In this document: in pieces, positions 27,178-36,989 of the stretch
Layout: every line of letters begins with the position of its first letter
How positions within the stretch are numbered: the stretch's first letter is position 1
Source of the DNA: an uncultured Verrucomicrobiae bacterium
GTDB lineage: Bacteria; Verrucomicrobiota; Verrucomicrobiia; Limisphaerales; Palsa-1400
Direction: 5' to 3'
Length of the DNA: 64,000 nucleotides
Assembly: GCA_963764165.1 (NCBI GenBank)
Contig: CAVXRD010000002.1
Coordinates: 3,488,001-3,552,000 of the forward strand
Position numbers and translations under genes: made by a program
Notes under the pieces: generated by a model
Database searches by the model: none
The model's input: the letters and a program-made list of their open reading frames with translations, nothing else
What the model was told of the DNA's origin: nothing

Positions 27178-30100
27178 CCATTTCCATGTTCCAGCGGAAT
27201 CGGAACGCGAATTTCGACCTTTGTTCCCAATCCGGGCTCTGAATCAATCCGGCATTGCCCGCCCATCCGCGTGAGGCGTTCAGGAAGATTTCTTAAGCCG
27301 TGCCCGTCCGGCGCGGCCGAATCGGAATCGAATCCGCGCCCGTTGTCTTTGATCGAAATGCGGATCGCTTCCTGCTCGACTTCCAATTGGAACTCAACTT
27401 CCGCCGCATTGGAATGGCGAACGATATTGTGCAGCGTTTCTTTTACGGCGAGAAAGATGTCGTGGCGGAGCCGGCCGTCGAGAATCATGCCCGGGAGGGA
27501 AACGGGGATTTTGAAACGGCAGCTAATATTAGACGCGGCGAGATACTCTTCGGCGTAGCTGCTGAGGTAATCCGAGAGTGATTGCAGCGAGTTGGCTTCG
27601 GGATTTACCGCCCACACTATGACGTCCAGCGCGCTGACCAGAGTGCGGGCTTTTTCGGCGATGGCTTGGAAGAGCGTGGGCGGTAGCGCACCGGGTCCAG
27701 AGTCGCGCATTCCGCGGCTGGCCAGGGCGCGGATTTCCGTGAGGCTGGAACCAAGGTCGTCATGCAAATCGCGCGCGATGCGGGAGCGCTCCATTTCCAG
27801 CGCTCGCTCGCGTTCGGCGCGTTCGCGGCGCTCGTGCTCCTGTTCGAACAGGGCCGTGCGATGGGCAACCTGCCGCCGCAACTGTCCGATCCAGCCCGCG
27901 GCCACTAGCAGCACGCTGATGAGCGAGGCGACGATGTAAAATAATTTCTGGAGCGTCCACCATGGCGGGCGTTGAAGCACACGCAGATCGTCCATCGAGT
28001 TGAGCAGCAGCTCAAAACCCGCGGTGTCGCCAGTGCGCTCGCTGGGAATGGAAGAATAAACGCCGTCAAGACGAAGATTGCTACCCAGAGCCAGAGCTCG
28101 CGACAAGTCCGATTCGGATTCGATCCGGGCGCGGAATCTGCGCAAATCGGCCTGAAGCTCCAAAATCCACTCGGCGCCGGTTTTGTGGACGTCAAGCAGT
28201 CTGGCTTCCATTTCGACTAGCGTGGCGTCGGGTGATTTTCCGTTGCTCTTGAAGTTTTCCCATGGGGTCGGCGCTGGCAATGGCGCTGATCCAGTTTTTC
28301 GAACTTCCACTTCGTTTAGACGGGGAGATAACCCGCTTAATTCTGGAATGCCGACCACCTCCACCGTGTCACCCGGTTTCAGAGGCGTTGAGCCGGCGAG
28401 ATTGAAGCGAAGCCCCCTGCCGTCTTGCATCAGGAAAACTTCACCGCCATGCACGTGGACAATTTCCCCGGCGATTTTCACCCGCTCGAATCCGCTCGCA
28501 TTCAAGTCGAATAGCAAGAGGTCTGAAATCGTTTTCTGCGGCGCGGCAAAGGCGTCAAGCATCGGCAATTGCTCCACTTCGATGATGGGATTTCTGAAGC
28601 GGACTTCTCCAACGCGCACCTGCCGGGTTTTGGAGTCCCATTCCGCCAGGAGGCATCCGCGAATTCGCACGAGTGTGTTCAGCAAGGCTTTAAGCCTCGT
28701 CTCTCCAGTATTGTGGACGAGCACTTTGATTTTGCCGCCGTCGGTGAGCAGTGTGACGCAATTGCTTTCCACGCCGGTGATGACTCCGCGAATTTCCGAG
28801 TATTGGGAATCAAGGCTTCCGCTCATGAGTTGGTTCCAGCTTGGATGCGCGGGGGCTGGCAACTGGCCCTGGCCGAGCACGTGTATGGAATTGGCGGAGA
28901 TGGTAGGCGCGAAATCACCCACGGCGGTAACGCCTTGAATCTCCACAAAGTCTCCCGCCTGAAGTCCGTCTCGGTAAGTGGCGGGAAAACGGAAAAAAAC
29001 TCCGCGCGTCGCGTCCTGAATGACCCCCCCGCCCCATTCCACTGTGCAGGTGACGACGCCGCGAACCCGCACGGGATGCTGGCGGGCCGCTTCTTCCGCG
29101 CTCAATTGCTGCACTTGCGAAGCTGTGGTGAATTCCGAATTCCCCACCGGCGACTGGCCGCTCGGAGATAGCACTGTCAGATTTTCGCGGCCAAAGATGG
29201 AGAACACGCTGCCGGAACTTGTGTCGTTGGAACCGAATGCGCGCCTGCGCACGCCCGTGGCTCGCACATGCTTTCCCAACAGTTTATGGGTGGGAATACT
29301 CAACTCAGCCGGAACCCAAAGCGCGCTGGATTGGTTGCCGTCAACAATCACTAGATGCAATCCGTCGCGGTCGCGCCCTGCAAAAGCTACCAAGCCTTCA
29401 ACCATGCACCATCCGTCCGCCGAATTGGCAGAGGTCGAACCCACGGAAGCTGCGTTTGCCACCGGTGGTGCGTTGGAGGACCGCACTTCGATCCGCGGAG
29501 AAAATTGGCCAACGTAAAGTTCCGCGCCATCGTCGCAGCGGAGGTGGAAAATATATTCTCCATCGACTGGGATTTGAATCCTTCCGCTAAATTGCATCGC
29601 GACATAATCCAACGGACGCCGCAGGCTTATGTCGAAATTGGTCGCCACGCCGGAAAAGGTTGGTTCTGCATTTCGCAGGTCATCAAGCGTCGCGGGGGTG
29701 TCGGCATAACAAGAGTAGCGCACGCCTTGCTCGGAAATCGCCGATCCCGCGCCGGAGGATTGTTCATGTGACAATGCTGCGGACGGTATTTCCTGCTCGG
29801 GCAATCCTGGGCCTGAATACCTTAATTGAAGCACCGCCGGTTCCTCCGCGTTAAAGTAAAACACCCGGATCGGCTGCCAGCCGGCGGCCAGCCAGACGTG
29901 ATTGGAGGCTTCCGACACGGAATGAATTCCGCCGTTGTCGACCACAGGCGCAGCGGCGATGGCGATGTCGTTGGCTCGCCGGATCAATTCGCAATTGGCT
30001 GCCGCGACGTGAACGATTTCACCCGGATGGAACTGACGGCCTCCCATTTCGAGCGAACAAACTTCCGCCCCGGTTTGGTCACGCAGGGCCAGCAGTCCCG

Positions 30101-30305
30101 CATTTGTGTCGGCTGCGCACACAGTGGCCACCAAATCCACATCGCAGCGCGCTCGCTGGCGGGAGCGGATTTGCTCGCGCATTTCCGCCAGGGAGGAAAC
30201 TGCGGGCACAGCGGAGACGTTTGCGGCCATCGCCACGACGACGAGCAGCCAGGCCGCGCCGCGCGGCCGCAAAACCGCCGAGGCTATTTTCAAAACGCGC
30301 TCCAA
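27156..30305 (-). CDS. Membrane sensor histidine kinase (HisKA_3) with large extracytoplasmic region containing a PA14-like domain
   Basis: ERSRIARDLHDDLGSSLT, KETLHNIVRHS, DNGRGF, GHGLRNL. TM after RPPWWT. PA14 motifs FSGRIQIPVDGEYIFHLRCDDG. Confidence 0.9.
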   Translation of the reverse strand: MERVLKIASAVLRPRGAAWLLVVVAMAANVSAVPAVSSLAEMREQIRSRQRARCDVDLVATVCAADTNAGLLALRDQTGAEVCSLEMGGRQFHPGEIVHVAAANCELIRRANDIAIAAAPVVDNGGIHSVSEASNHVWLAAGWQPIRVFYFNAEEPAVLQLRYSGPGLPEQEIPSAALSHEQSSGAGSAISEQGVRYSCYADTPATLDDLRNAEPTFSGVATNFDISLRRPLDYVAMQFSGRIQIPVDGEYIFHLRCDDGAELYVGQFSPRIEVRSSNAPPVANAASVGSTSANSADGWCMVEGLVAFAGRDRDGLHLVIVDGNQSSALWVPAELSIPTHKLLGKHVRATGVRRRAFGSNDTSSGSVFSIFGRENLTVLSPSGQSPVGNSEFTTASQVQQLSAEEAARQHPVRVRGVVTCTVEWGGGVIQDATRGVFFRFPATYRDGLQAGDFVEIQGVTAVGDFAPTISANSIHVLGQGQLPAPAHPSWNQLMSGSLDSQYSEIRGVITGVESNCVTLLTDGGKIKVLVHNTGETRLKALLNTLVRIRGCLLAEWDSKTRQVRVGEVRFRNPIIEVEQLPMLDAFAAPQKTISDLLLFDLNASGFERVKIAGEIVHVHGGEVFLMQDGRGLRFNLAGSTPLKPGDTVEVVGIPELSGLSPRLNEVEVRKTGSAPLPAPTPWENFKSNGKSPDATLVEMEARLLDVHKTGAEWILELQADLRRFRARIESESDLSRALALGSNLRLDGVYSSIPSERTGDTAGFELLLNSMDDLRVLQRPPWWTLQKLFYIVASLISVLLVAAGWIGQLRRQVAHRTALFEQEHERRERAERERALEMERSRIARDLHDDLGSSLTEIRALASRGMRDSGPGALPPTLFQAIAEKARTLVSALDVIVWAVNPEANSLQSLSDYLSSYAEEYLAASNISCRFKIPVSLPGMILDGRLRHDIFLAVKETLHNIVRHSNAAEVEFQLEVEQEAIRISIKDNGRGFDSDSAAPDGHGLRNLPERLTRMGGQCRIDSEPGLGTKVEIRVPIPLEHGNGPQMNAD

Positions 30306-30346
30306 GGGTTTCCTTTAAATGTTCCCATTCATTCCGGCAATTGGGC

Positions 30347-30389
30347 ATCGGACGAACGTCGTATTGCGGAGCATCGGGGGGAAATCGTA
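30347..30389. promoter_or_regulatory. Candidate regulator-binding motif ATC[GC]G-N8-CGTA (two tandem copies)
   Basis: ATCGGACGAACGTCGTATTGCG (30347) and ATCGGGGGGAAATCGTA (30373). Related copies at 24273, 24952 and 42316. Confidence 0.5.
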
Positions 30390-30411
30390 GCTTTTCCTTA
30401 AGTCCAAATCT

Positions 30412-31263
30412 ATGCAATTCAAACGAAATCCTTGTCCTTTTGTCTTCAGGATTCCGACCTTGCGACTCGCGCGGGAACGAAACAAGGAGGGTTTCACGTT
30501 GATCGAGCTGCTGGTGGTCATCGCCATTATTGCCATTCTCGCCTCATTGCTGCTGCCGGCGCTCGCGGCGTCAAAATTCCGCGCGAAGGTGACCAACTGC
30601 TCCTCCAACTACAGGCAATGGGCCGTCATGGCCAACCTCTATGCGTCCGACGATTCAAAGGGGCGCATGCCAAGTTTGCCCGCGCCGGAGTCCGGCGGAA
30701 ACCCCACGGACGTGGCGACGAATTTTCTCAGCACAGTGAAAGCCTTCAATTTCACCGTGCCCATGTTCTTTTGCCCCGTGCGGCCACACGATTTGGACGT
30801 CGCCAATGCCTGGTTCTACCAGAATGGCGTGCCGGCGCATCAGTCCATCCAGACGGTCGACGAGCTTAATCAATATTTCACTTCACCGAGCGGGCGTTCC
30901 GTCAACGGCGATTACGGCAAGCTGTTCCACGATTGGTGGGTGCCGCGCTCGACGACGTTATACAGCGACGCGATGTTCCCGGTGCCGGGAGGCGTGGGAC
31001 AATTGACGCCCGTTGGCGCTTACCCGTGGCCATTGAAAATCTCGGATCCTGGCGCGTCGCGCCAACCGATCATTTCCGATCTGGCGGAGAGCAACGGCTC
31101 GACAAATGTATCATCGATTCCGACCACCGAAGCGCATTTTATGAACAACCAGCTTTCTTCCATCAATTGCGGTTATGCGGATGGCCGCGTGGAGACCCAC
31201 AGCAAATCAAAAATCACGTGGCAATTCAGCGGCAACAACGATCAGGAAAGCTACTTTTACTGA
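30412..31263 (+). CDS. Prepilin-type N-terminal cleavage/methylation protein with H-X9-DG motif (DUF1559-like)
   Basis: [40 protein letters not shown]...[11 protein letters not shown]. Confidence 0.92.
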   Translation: MQFKRNPCPFVFRIPTLRLARERNKEGFTLIELLVVIAIIAILASLLLPALAASKFRAKVTNCSSNYRQWAVMANLYASDDSKGRMPSLPAPESGGNPTDVATNFLSTVKAFNFTVPMFFCPVRPHDLDVANAWFYQNGVPAHQSIQTVDELNQYFTSPSGRSVNGDYGKLFHDWWVPRSTTLYSDAMFPVPGGVGQLTPVGAYPWPLKISDPGASRQPIISDLAESNGSTNVSSIPTTEAHFMNNQLSSINCGYADGRVETHSKSKITWQFSGNNDQESYFY

Positions 31264-31270
31264 AGCATTA

Positions 31271-32371
31271 TTGATCTCTGCATAATATAGTGACACATTA
31301 TTGTTTTTATGCTAATTTTTGGGTATGGGAAATCCTAAAGGCGTAAAACGCGATTTGGCGCAGTTTGCACAACTGGAACGGCGGCGCATGAAAGCCGTCA
31401 AACTTTTCGACCGAGGCTTGAGCCAGGCCGAGGTCGCCCGCCAAGTTGGCGTCCACCGGCAATCGGTCAGCCGCTGGCATAAGGCTTGGCAGGACCATGG
31501 CGCGCCCTCTCTCAAAAAGGCTGGGCGAGCCGGGCGCAAGCCCCGCCTGACCGACGAGAACTTCCGCCAGTTGGAACGGGCCCTCAAACAGGGACCCGAA
31601 GCCCATGACTTTGGCACCCAGCTTTGGACCACCCGGCGGGTGGCCGCCGTTATCCAACGGTTGACGGGCGTCCAATACCACGAGGACCATGTTTGCCGGC
31701 TTCTGCAAAAGCTGGGTTGGAGCTGCCAGCGGCCCACCACCCAGGCTCGGCAGCGCCATGAGCGGGAGATCACCCGCTGGCGCAAAGTGCGCTGGCCGCA
31801 GCTTAAAAAAAAGCCCTCCGCGAGAGGCGAATCGTGGTTTTCATCGACGAGAGCGGATTGAGCCAGAAGCCGCACCGGGTTCGCACTTGGGCGCCGCGCG
31901 GCCAGACCCCGGTATTGCAGTTCGACTTCAACTGGAAAAAGCTTTCGATCATCGCCGGGGTGACGGTCTGGAACTTTTACTTCCGGCTTTACCCCGGCAC
32001 CATCAAAGGCCCGCAGGTGATCGAATTCTTGAAACATCTGCAACGCCACATCCCGGGCAAGCTTCTGGTCATTTGGGACGGTGGTCCCATCCACCGCAGC
32101 CGGCTGGTGCGGGACTATGTGGATCAACTGAAAGGCAAAATCTGGGTGGAACGACTGCCTGCCTATGCGCCCGAACTCAATCCCACCGAGTATGTCTGGG
32201 GTTACTTCAAGCAGCACGAGTTGCCCAATCTTTGCGCGGCCGACCTGGCGAAGTTGAGTCATTGCGGGCGCAAGGCCCTGAGCCGGATGCGGCGCAGACC
32301 CAAATTGGTCACTGCCTTCTGGAAGCAAGCCGAGCTTTGGTGATATTGTCACTATATTATACAGAGATCAA
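31271..32371 (+). mobile_element. IS630-family insertion sequence, complete (1101 bp)
   Basis: 25-bp TIRs TTGATCTCTG[C/T]ATAATATAGTGACA (24/25 match) at 31271-31295 and 32347-32371. TA duplicated at 31269-70 and 32372-73. Confidence 0.93.
31325..32343 (+). CDS. IS630 transposase, two ORFs joined by a probable -1 frameshift at A8G (31805-31813)
   Basis: OrfA has HTH motifs (LSQAEVARQVGV, LWTTRRV). OrfB has the DDE motifs FIDESG, IWDGGPIH, LPAYAPELNPTE. Confidence 0.9.
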
Positions 32372-32405
32372 TAATAAACGTTCGCAGTCCAACAAACCCA
32401 CGCAG

Positions 32406-34739
32406 ATGAAGACACTCATCAAACAATTCATTCTCGCCGCTACGTTGGCTTTCAGCCTCATGGCGCACGCGCAACTCATCGGAAGCTGGCAAGGCAGCGG
32501 CAGCGCTCTAACCAGGGCAGGGGACGAGGGCTGGATTGACTGGGGCAACGGGCTATCGATCACCAACCCCGCCAACACCAACAAATACCAGTTTGTCACG
32601 GGTGCCGTGGCCGGCTATAACCAGAGCCTTCAAATCTCGAACGCCGGCTACAACCAAAACCTCGCCATTAAGCTGGAGAATCTCTCGGGTGGCAAAGCGG
32701 CTTTCCTGAATAATTACCTTCTGGCATTTACCTTTTCCGTGCCTAGCTCAGCCGCCTCGGGATCGACCGCGGGCTATTCACAGATGTATCAGTTGGTGGT
32801 CAATGCCAGCGGCTTGGGATTTGCCGGGCAGGCCTTCTCCACCAACACATGGAGCGAAACGGGAAGCACAAACAATGATAGCGCAAGCGGCCAGCCAAAC
32901 TATTACTTCTACGGCGGCGCTCCGGCCCGTTCGCAGACCCTCGTGTTCAACTACTCGAATATCCTATCCCAGATCACGGCGACGACCAATAGCGGTTACA
33001 TCGAATTGATCTTTACTTTCAACAACGGTGGTGGCGCTGCGACCAACTACTTTATGAACAACGTCGAGTTGCTTGGTTCAGCGGCGCAAGCGCCTCCGGG
33101 AGCCATCATCGTTGACGATTTTGTTCCGGCCGGTGTCAGTTCGACGAATCCAACGAACTACGACCGTTACTCAAGCGCCGAAGTGTATTCCAGCGGGCAA
33201 ATCACCAATGTCTACGGCAACTGGTTTGGCGGCGCGTTCTCTTCACTTGAATGGGATCCTTCCACGGACGCGGGAAACAATCCCACGTCGGGCTCTCTGG
33301 AAATTAACCTGAACTGGAGCGGCGGCTCGCAGTTCGTCGTGTGGGATCAAGGTTCAGCCAACAATTACTTTGCCTTGAGCACCCTTGGCATCAACGGCAC
33401 GCAATATACCAATTTCCAATGCGACGTTAAATTCGCCCCGGGATCGGTTTCCGCCCAGGGATCCGCCAGCCAGCCGATTTTTGGCCATTTGCGATTCGGC
33501 CACCGCACATCAAGCTACGGCCAGGATTGGTTTGGGGCCGTGGACGTTGCTGCGACGAATACCAATTGGGTGCATGTCAGTGTCTCTCTGAACGCCGTGA
33601 CGGATACTTCCCTGACAAACATGGGTGGCTTGATCATCGGCATCGATAGCGGTTTTTACGGACTCAACTTCACCAGCGGCGATACAACCTTGTGGGTGGA
33701 CAACCTCGAATTCACCGGGCCGACCACTGCCGTGAAGGTAGCGCCACCAACCCTGGCCATGCAAAAAGCGACTCCCGGCTTGCGGATTTTTGCCGGTTCC
33801 ACAGCAAATGTTTATGACCGGGAGGAACTCGCCACCACCGATAACAATCAATCATGGGTTGGCGGAAGCTATCCGGTAAGCTACTCCTTCAGCCTTTCGG
33901 ATTACCCGGCGAACATCAACCAGACGCACATTTTCATCGTGCCCCAAAACACCGCGGGCGGCGCGATGGGAAACGATGGGACTCTCAACGAATACATCGA
34001 ATACCAAGCTACCAATATGCTATGGATGGTGATTAATCCTGGCGCTGGTGGCCAAGTGGTAGCTTCTGTGCAATGGAAAACAAACCTTCCCAATGCGAAT
34101 CCCAACCAGACGGCGCTGACCATCACCAATTCAAAGGCAGTTGGCACGTGGACTCTTACTTTCACCAGCCCGTCCACTGGCACACTCACGGCCCCCGGCG
34201 CCAGCCCGGCGGCATTCATCATCAATGATGCGAATGTCACGACCGATTTCGCGAATCCCGCTGTGGCATACTTTGGATTGCAGCCGAACTCCACCGCCGG
34301 TGAAGGAGAATTTGAAGATTGGGGTTCGATATCCGTGACTGGCGTTTCCGGCGCGCAGGAAAGCGAGCAGTTCAACAATGAATCCAGCTTTAATCAGAAT
34401 GGTTATTGGGCAATAAACGGGGCCAACACGACGGGTGTGCAATTTGTTCCATCCAGCACCGCTTACTGGATCAACTGGACGCTCCCGGCAAACGGCTTTG
34501 GCTTGGGCACTGCGACAAGTCTTACCGGCAACACCAACACCTCCGGTTACCCGTGGGTGCTGCCTGAGTACTACAACAATTACGGCGACGGGCTGAACCT
34601 TCCTGGCGGCGCCACGCAGGGCACAAATTTCTGGGTGCAAATTCCGACCTACTGCCTGCCGACTTCCGACGGCACGGTGGGCGGACCAATCTCGTCGAAC
34701 GCCTTCTTCAAGCTGTTCAATCCGCCATTGTCGAATTAG
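32406..34739 (+). CDS. Secreted multi-domain beta-sandwich (CBM-like) protein with C-terminal FFKL domain
   Basis: Signal MKTLIKQFILAATLAFSLMAHA-Q. Domain ends YFMNNVEL and LWVDNLEF resemble jelly-roll modules. No catalytic motif recognised. Confidence 0.75.
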   Translation: MKTLIKQFILAATLAFSLMAHAQLIGSWQGSGSALTRAGDEGWIDWGNGLSITNPANTNKYQFVTGAVAGYNQSLQISNAGYNQNLAIKLENLSGGKAAFLNNYLLAFTFSVPSSAASGSTAGYSQMYQLVVNASGLGFAGQAFSTNTWSETGSTNNDSASGQPNYYFYGGAPARSQTLVFNYSNILSQITATTNSGYIELIFTFNNGGGAATNYFMNNVELLGSAAQAPPGAIIVDDFVPAGVSSTNPTNYDRYSSAEVYSSGQITNVYGNWFGGAFSSLEWDPSTDAGNNPTSGSLEINLNWSGGSQFVVWDQGSANNYFALSTLGINGTQYTNFQCDVKFAPGSVSAQGSASQPIFGHLRFGHRTSSYGQDWFGAVDVAATNTNWVHVSVSLNAVTDTSLTNMGGLIIGIDSGFYGLNFTSGDTTLWVDNLEFTGPTTAVKVAPPTLAMQKATPGLRIFAGSTANVYDREELATTDNNQSWVGGSYPVSYSFSLSDYPANINQTHIFIVPQNTAGGAMGNDGTLNEYIEYQATNMLWMVINPGAGGQVVASVQWKTNLPNANPNQTALTITNSKAVGTWTLTFTSPSTGTLTAPGASPAAFIINDANVTTDFANPAVAYFGLQPNSTAGEGEFEDWGSISVTGVSGAQESEQFNNESSFNQNGYWAINGANTTGVQFVPSSTAYWINWTLPANGFGLGTATSLTGNTNTSGYPWVLPEYYNNYGDGLNLPGGATQGTNFWVQIPTYCLPTSDGTVGGPISSNAFFKLFNPPLSN

Positions 34740-34804
34740 ATTACGGACGTAAAATTCGTCTCGGCTATCTCCCCGCAAGCGGGTCGAGAGGGAAAGACAT
34801 TCAT

Positions 34805-36751
34805 TTGCGAGCCGCGCCACAATATAAATTCGGTTTGACATTGCTCGGAGCCGCCTTCCTTTTGGCGGCGCTTGGGACTTCGGCGGCGGAATTGCCATTT
34901 GTCAGTCCAATTTTTGGCGACAACATGATTCTTCAACGCGGGAAGACCAACACGATCTGGGGCTGGGCCAAGCCCGGCGAAACGATCCGCGTGGAATTGG
35001 CCGGTCAAACTGTCGAAACCAAAACAAGCGCCGACGGGCGCTGGGAGGCGCGCATCCTGCCTCCGCAAACATTGGATGCCCTTGCCCTTCGCGTCAGCGG
35101 TTCGCGAACCGCCACGTTCACTAACATCCTCGTCGGCGATGTGTGGATTTGCGGCGGGCAATCCAACATGGAATTTCCTCTATCCCGCGCCCGCAATGGC
35201 GATGCGGAACTCAAGGCGGCGAATCATCCGGCCATCCGATTGTTCAACGCCAAACAACAACCTGCTTATTCTCCGGCTTCGGTGCTTTCCGGCAGATGGA
35301 AAGTTTGCACGCCGCAGACGGCTGCCGCAGACGGCGGCGTTTCGGCTATTGGCTATTTCTTTGCGCTGAAAATTCAAGGCGAGACTGGTGTGCCCATCGG
35401 CCTCATCAAGGATTGCTGGGGCGGCACAACGGCGGAGGCGTGGTGCAGCGCGGAGGCATTGCGGCCTTTCAAGGACTTTGATGTTGCGCTGGCGGAGGTC
35501 GCGCGACTTCATGCCGATGGAGCGCCCGAATACGGGAATTACATTTCCCATTGGTACGACGAATATGACGTTGGGCAAAAGGAGAATTGGTGGTCCCCTG
35601 CCTTGGACGATCACGATTGGAAAACTGTGCCGGTGCCCGGCGGCTTTAGCGAGCTTGGCGTCCCTGACGCGCCCGCCGTTTGTTATTTCCGCAAGGAAGT
35701 GGTTTTGACAAATCCCTTGCCCGCGGGAGCAGCTAAAATCTTCTTGGGCGTCGTTGAACGAATGGATACCACGCAAATCAACGGCAAATGGGTGGGCGCA
35801 AGCGCGTGGGTCGAGAACCCGCGCAAGTACGCCATCACCGATGGCGTCCTCAAGCCCGGAACAAACCTCATCGCGGTGCGCGTCTTCAAGACAAAGCCGG
35901 ACGGCGGTTTCAAGTCTCCGCCGGAAGTGCTCAAGCTCATTCTCGGCGATGGCACTGAAATTCCATTGGCTGGCCAGTGGAAAGCCAAAGTCAGCGTCGA
36001 CGCAAAACCGCCTCACCCGCTGCCGCTGGGATTTGAAAACTGGCCGACCATGCCGAGCGTTTTGAAGAATGGAATGATTGATCCCCTTACGAACTTCGCG
36101 CTGGCGGGCGTGCTGTGGTATCAGGGCGAAGCCAACGTGGGGCGCGCCGAGCAATATCGCCGCCTTTTGCCTGCGATGATCGCGGACTGGCGAAAGACAT
36201 TTGCGCAGGGCGATGTGCCGTTCTACATCGTGAGCCTCGCGGCATTTCAGCATCGCAACCCGTCGCCCGGCGATGACGCGTGGGCTGAATTGCGCGAAGC
36301 ACAGGCATTCACGGCGGCCACGATGCCCCATTCCGGCCTCGCGCTGGCCATTGATCTCGGAAGCGCGGATGACATCCATCCTATTGACAAGAAGGAAGTC
36401 GGCGTCCGGCTGGCTTTGTGGGCGCTGGACGATCTGTTCGCCCGCAAAGCGCCGTGCTCGGGACCGACTTTCGATCATGCGGCAGAAATGACCGGCGCGC
36501 TGCGGATATACTTCACGCACACCGATGGCGGGTTGAAGGTGAAGGGGGATAAATTGGGCGAATTCTCAATCGCAGGCACGGATCGCAAGTGGCATTGGGC
36601 CAATGCCAAACTCGACGGTGACACCGTTATTGTTTCCTCGGAATCAGTGCCGCTGCCGAAGTTTGTTCGTTATGCATGGCAGGCAAATCCGTTGGCGACA
36701 TTATACAATGGCGCTGGTTTGCCTGCCGTTCCATTCCGCACTGACCCCTGA
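34805..36751 (+). CDS. SASA-type (sialate/xylan O-acetyl) esterase with an inserted sugar-binding domain
   Basis: FGDNMILQRG, GDVWICGGQSNM, WGGT, WYQGEAN, DIHP. Insert YFRKEV...LKPGTNLIAVRV. Confidence 0.88.
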   Translation: MRAAPQYKFGLTLLGAAFLLAALGTSAAELPFVSPIFGDNMILQRGKTNTIWGWAKPGETIRVELAGQTVETKTSADGRWEARILPPQTLDALALRVSGSRTATFTNILVGDVWICGGQSNMEFPLSRARNGDAELKAANHPAIRLFNAKQQPAYSPASVLSGRWKVCTPQTAAADGGVSAIGYFFALKIQGETGVPIGLIKDCWGGTTAEAWCSAEALRPFKDFDVALAEVARLHADGAPEYGNYISHWYDEYDVGQKENWWSPALDDHDWKTVPVPGGFSELGVPDAPAVCYFRKEVVLTNPLPAGAAKIFLGVVERMDTTQINGKWVGASAWVENPRKYAITDGVLKPGTNLIAVRVFKTKPDGGFKSPPEVLKLILGDGTEIPLAGQWKAKVSVDAKPPHPLPLGFENWPTMPSVLKNGMIDPLTNFALAGVLWYQGEANVGRAEQYRRLLPAMIADWRKTFAQGDVPFYIVSLAAFQHRNPSPGDDAWAELREAQAFTAATMPHSGLALAIDLGSADDIHPIDKKEVGVRLALWALDDLFARKAPCSGPTFDHAAEMTGALRIYFTHTDGGLKVKGDKLGEFSIAGTDRKWHWANAKLDGDTVIVSSESVPLPKFVRYAWQANPLATLYNGAGLPAVPFRTDP

Positions 36752-36850
36752 GTTCGTCTGACAACGCTCGCAGTCACTGGCAAATCTCGGCAGGAGGCCC
36801 CAACCAAGGAATGAGCGAGAAGTTCCGACGAAGAAATTTCGCCTTTGGTG

Positions 36851-36952
36851 GTAGGGACGCCTCGGCGAGGTGTCCGGTTGCGCGTGAAAGTTTTTGTGGG
36901 CCGCATCGTTCAACAATGCCTCACCCCGGACGCCTCGGCGAGGCGTCCCTAC
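36851..36952. repeat. Inverted pair of GTAG-type REP elements (family 2)
   Basis: GTAGGGACGCCTCGGCGAGGTGTCC (36851-36875) and inverted copy 36928-36952, between convergent genes. Confidence 0.85.
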
Positions 36953-36989
36953 CTTCACAAGACAGTTCGTTGGCAGCCTCTACCGAGAC

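Noticed and set aside
31689..34739. 1016-aa ORF suggesting a transposase-secreted protein fusion
   Set aside because: The first 239 codons are an alternative frame running through IS630. The real gene starts at ATG 32406 with a clear signal peptide.
32406..34739. Many N-x-S/T sequons suggesting N-glycosylation
   Set aside because: About 17 sequons counted, roughly what the high Asn and Ser/Thr content would give by chance.
34765..34795. Imperfect hairpin TCTCCCCGCAAGCGGGTCGAGAGGGA
   Set aside because: A single degenerate copy in the window, which cannot be distinguished between a terminator and a decayed repeat.
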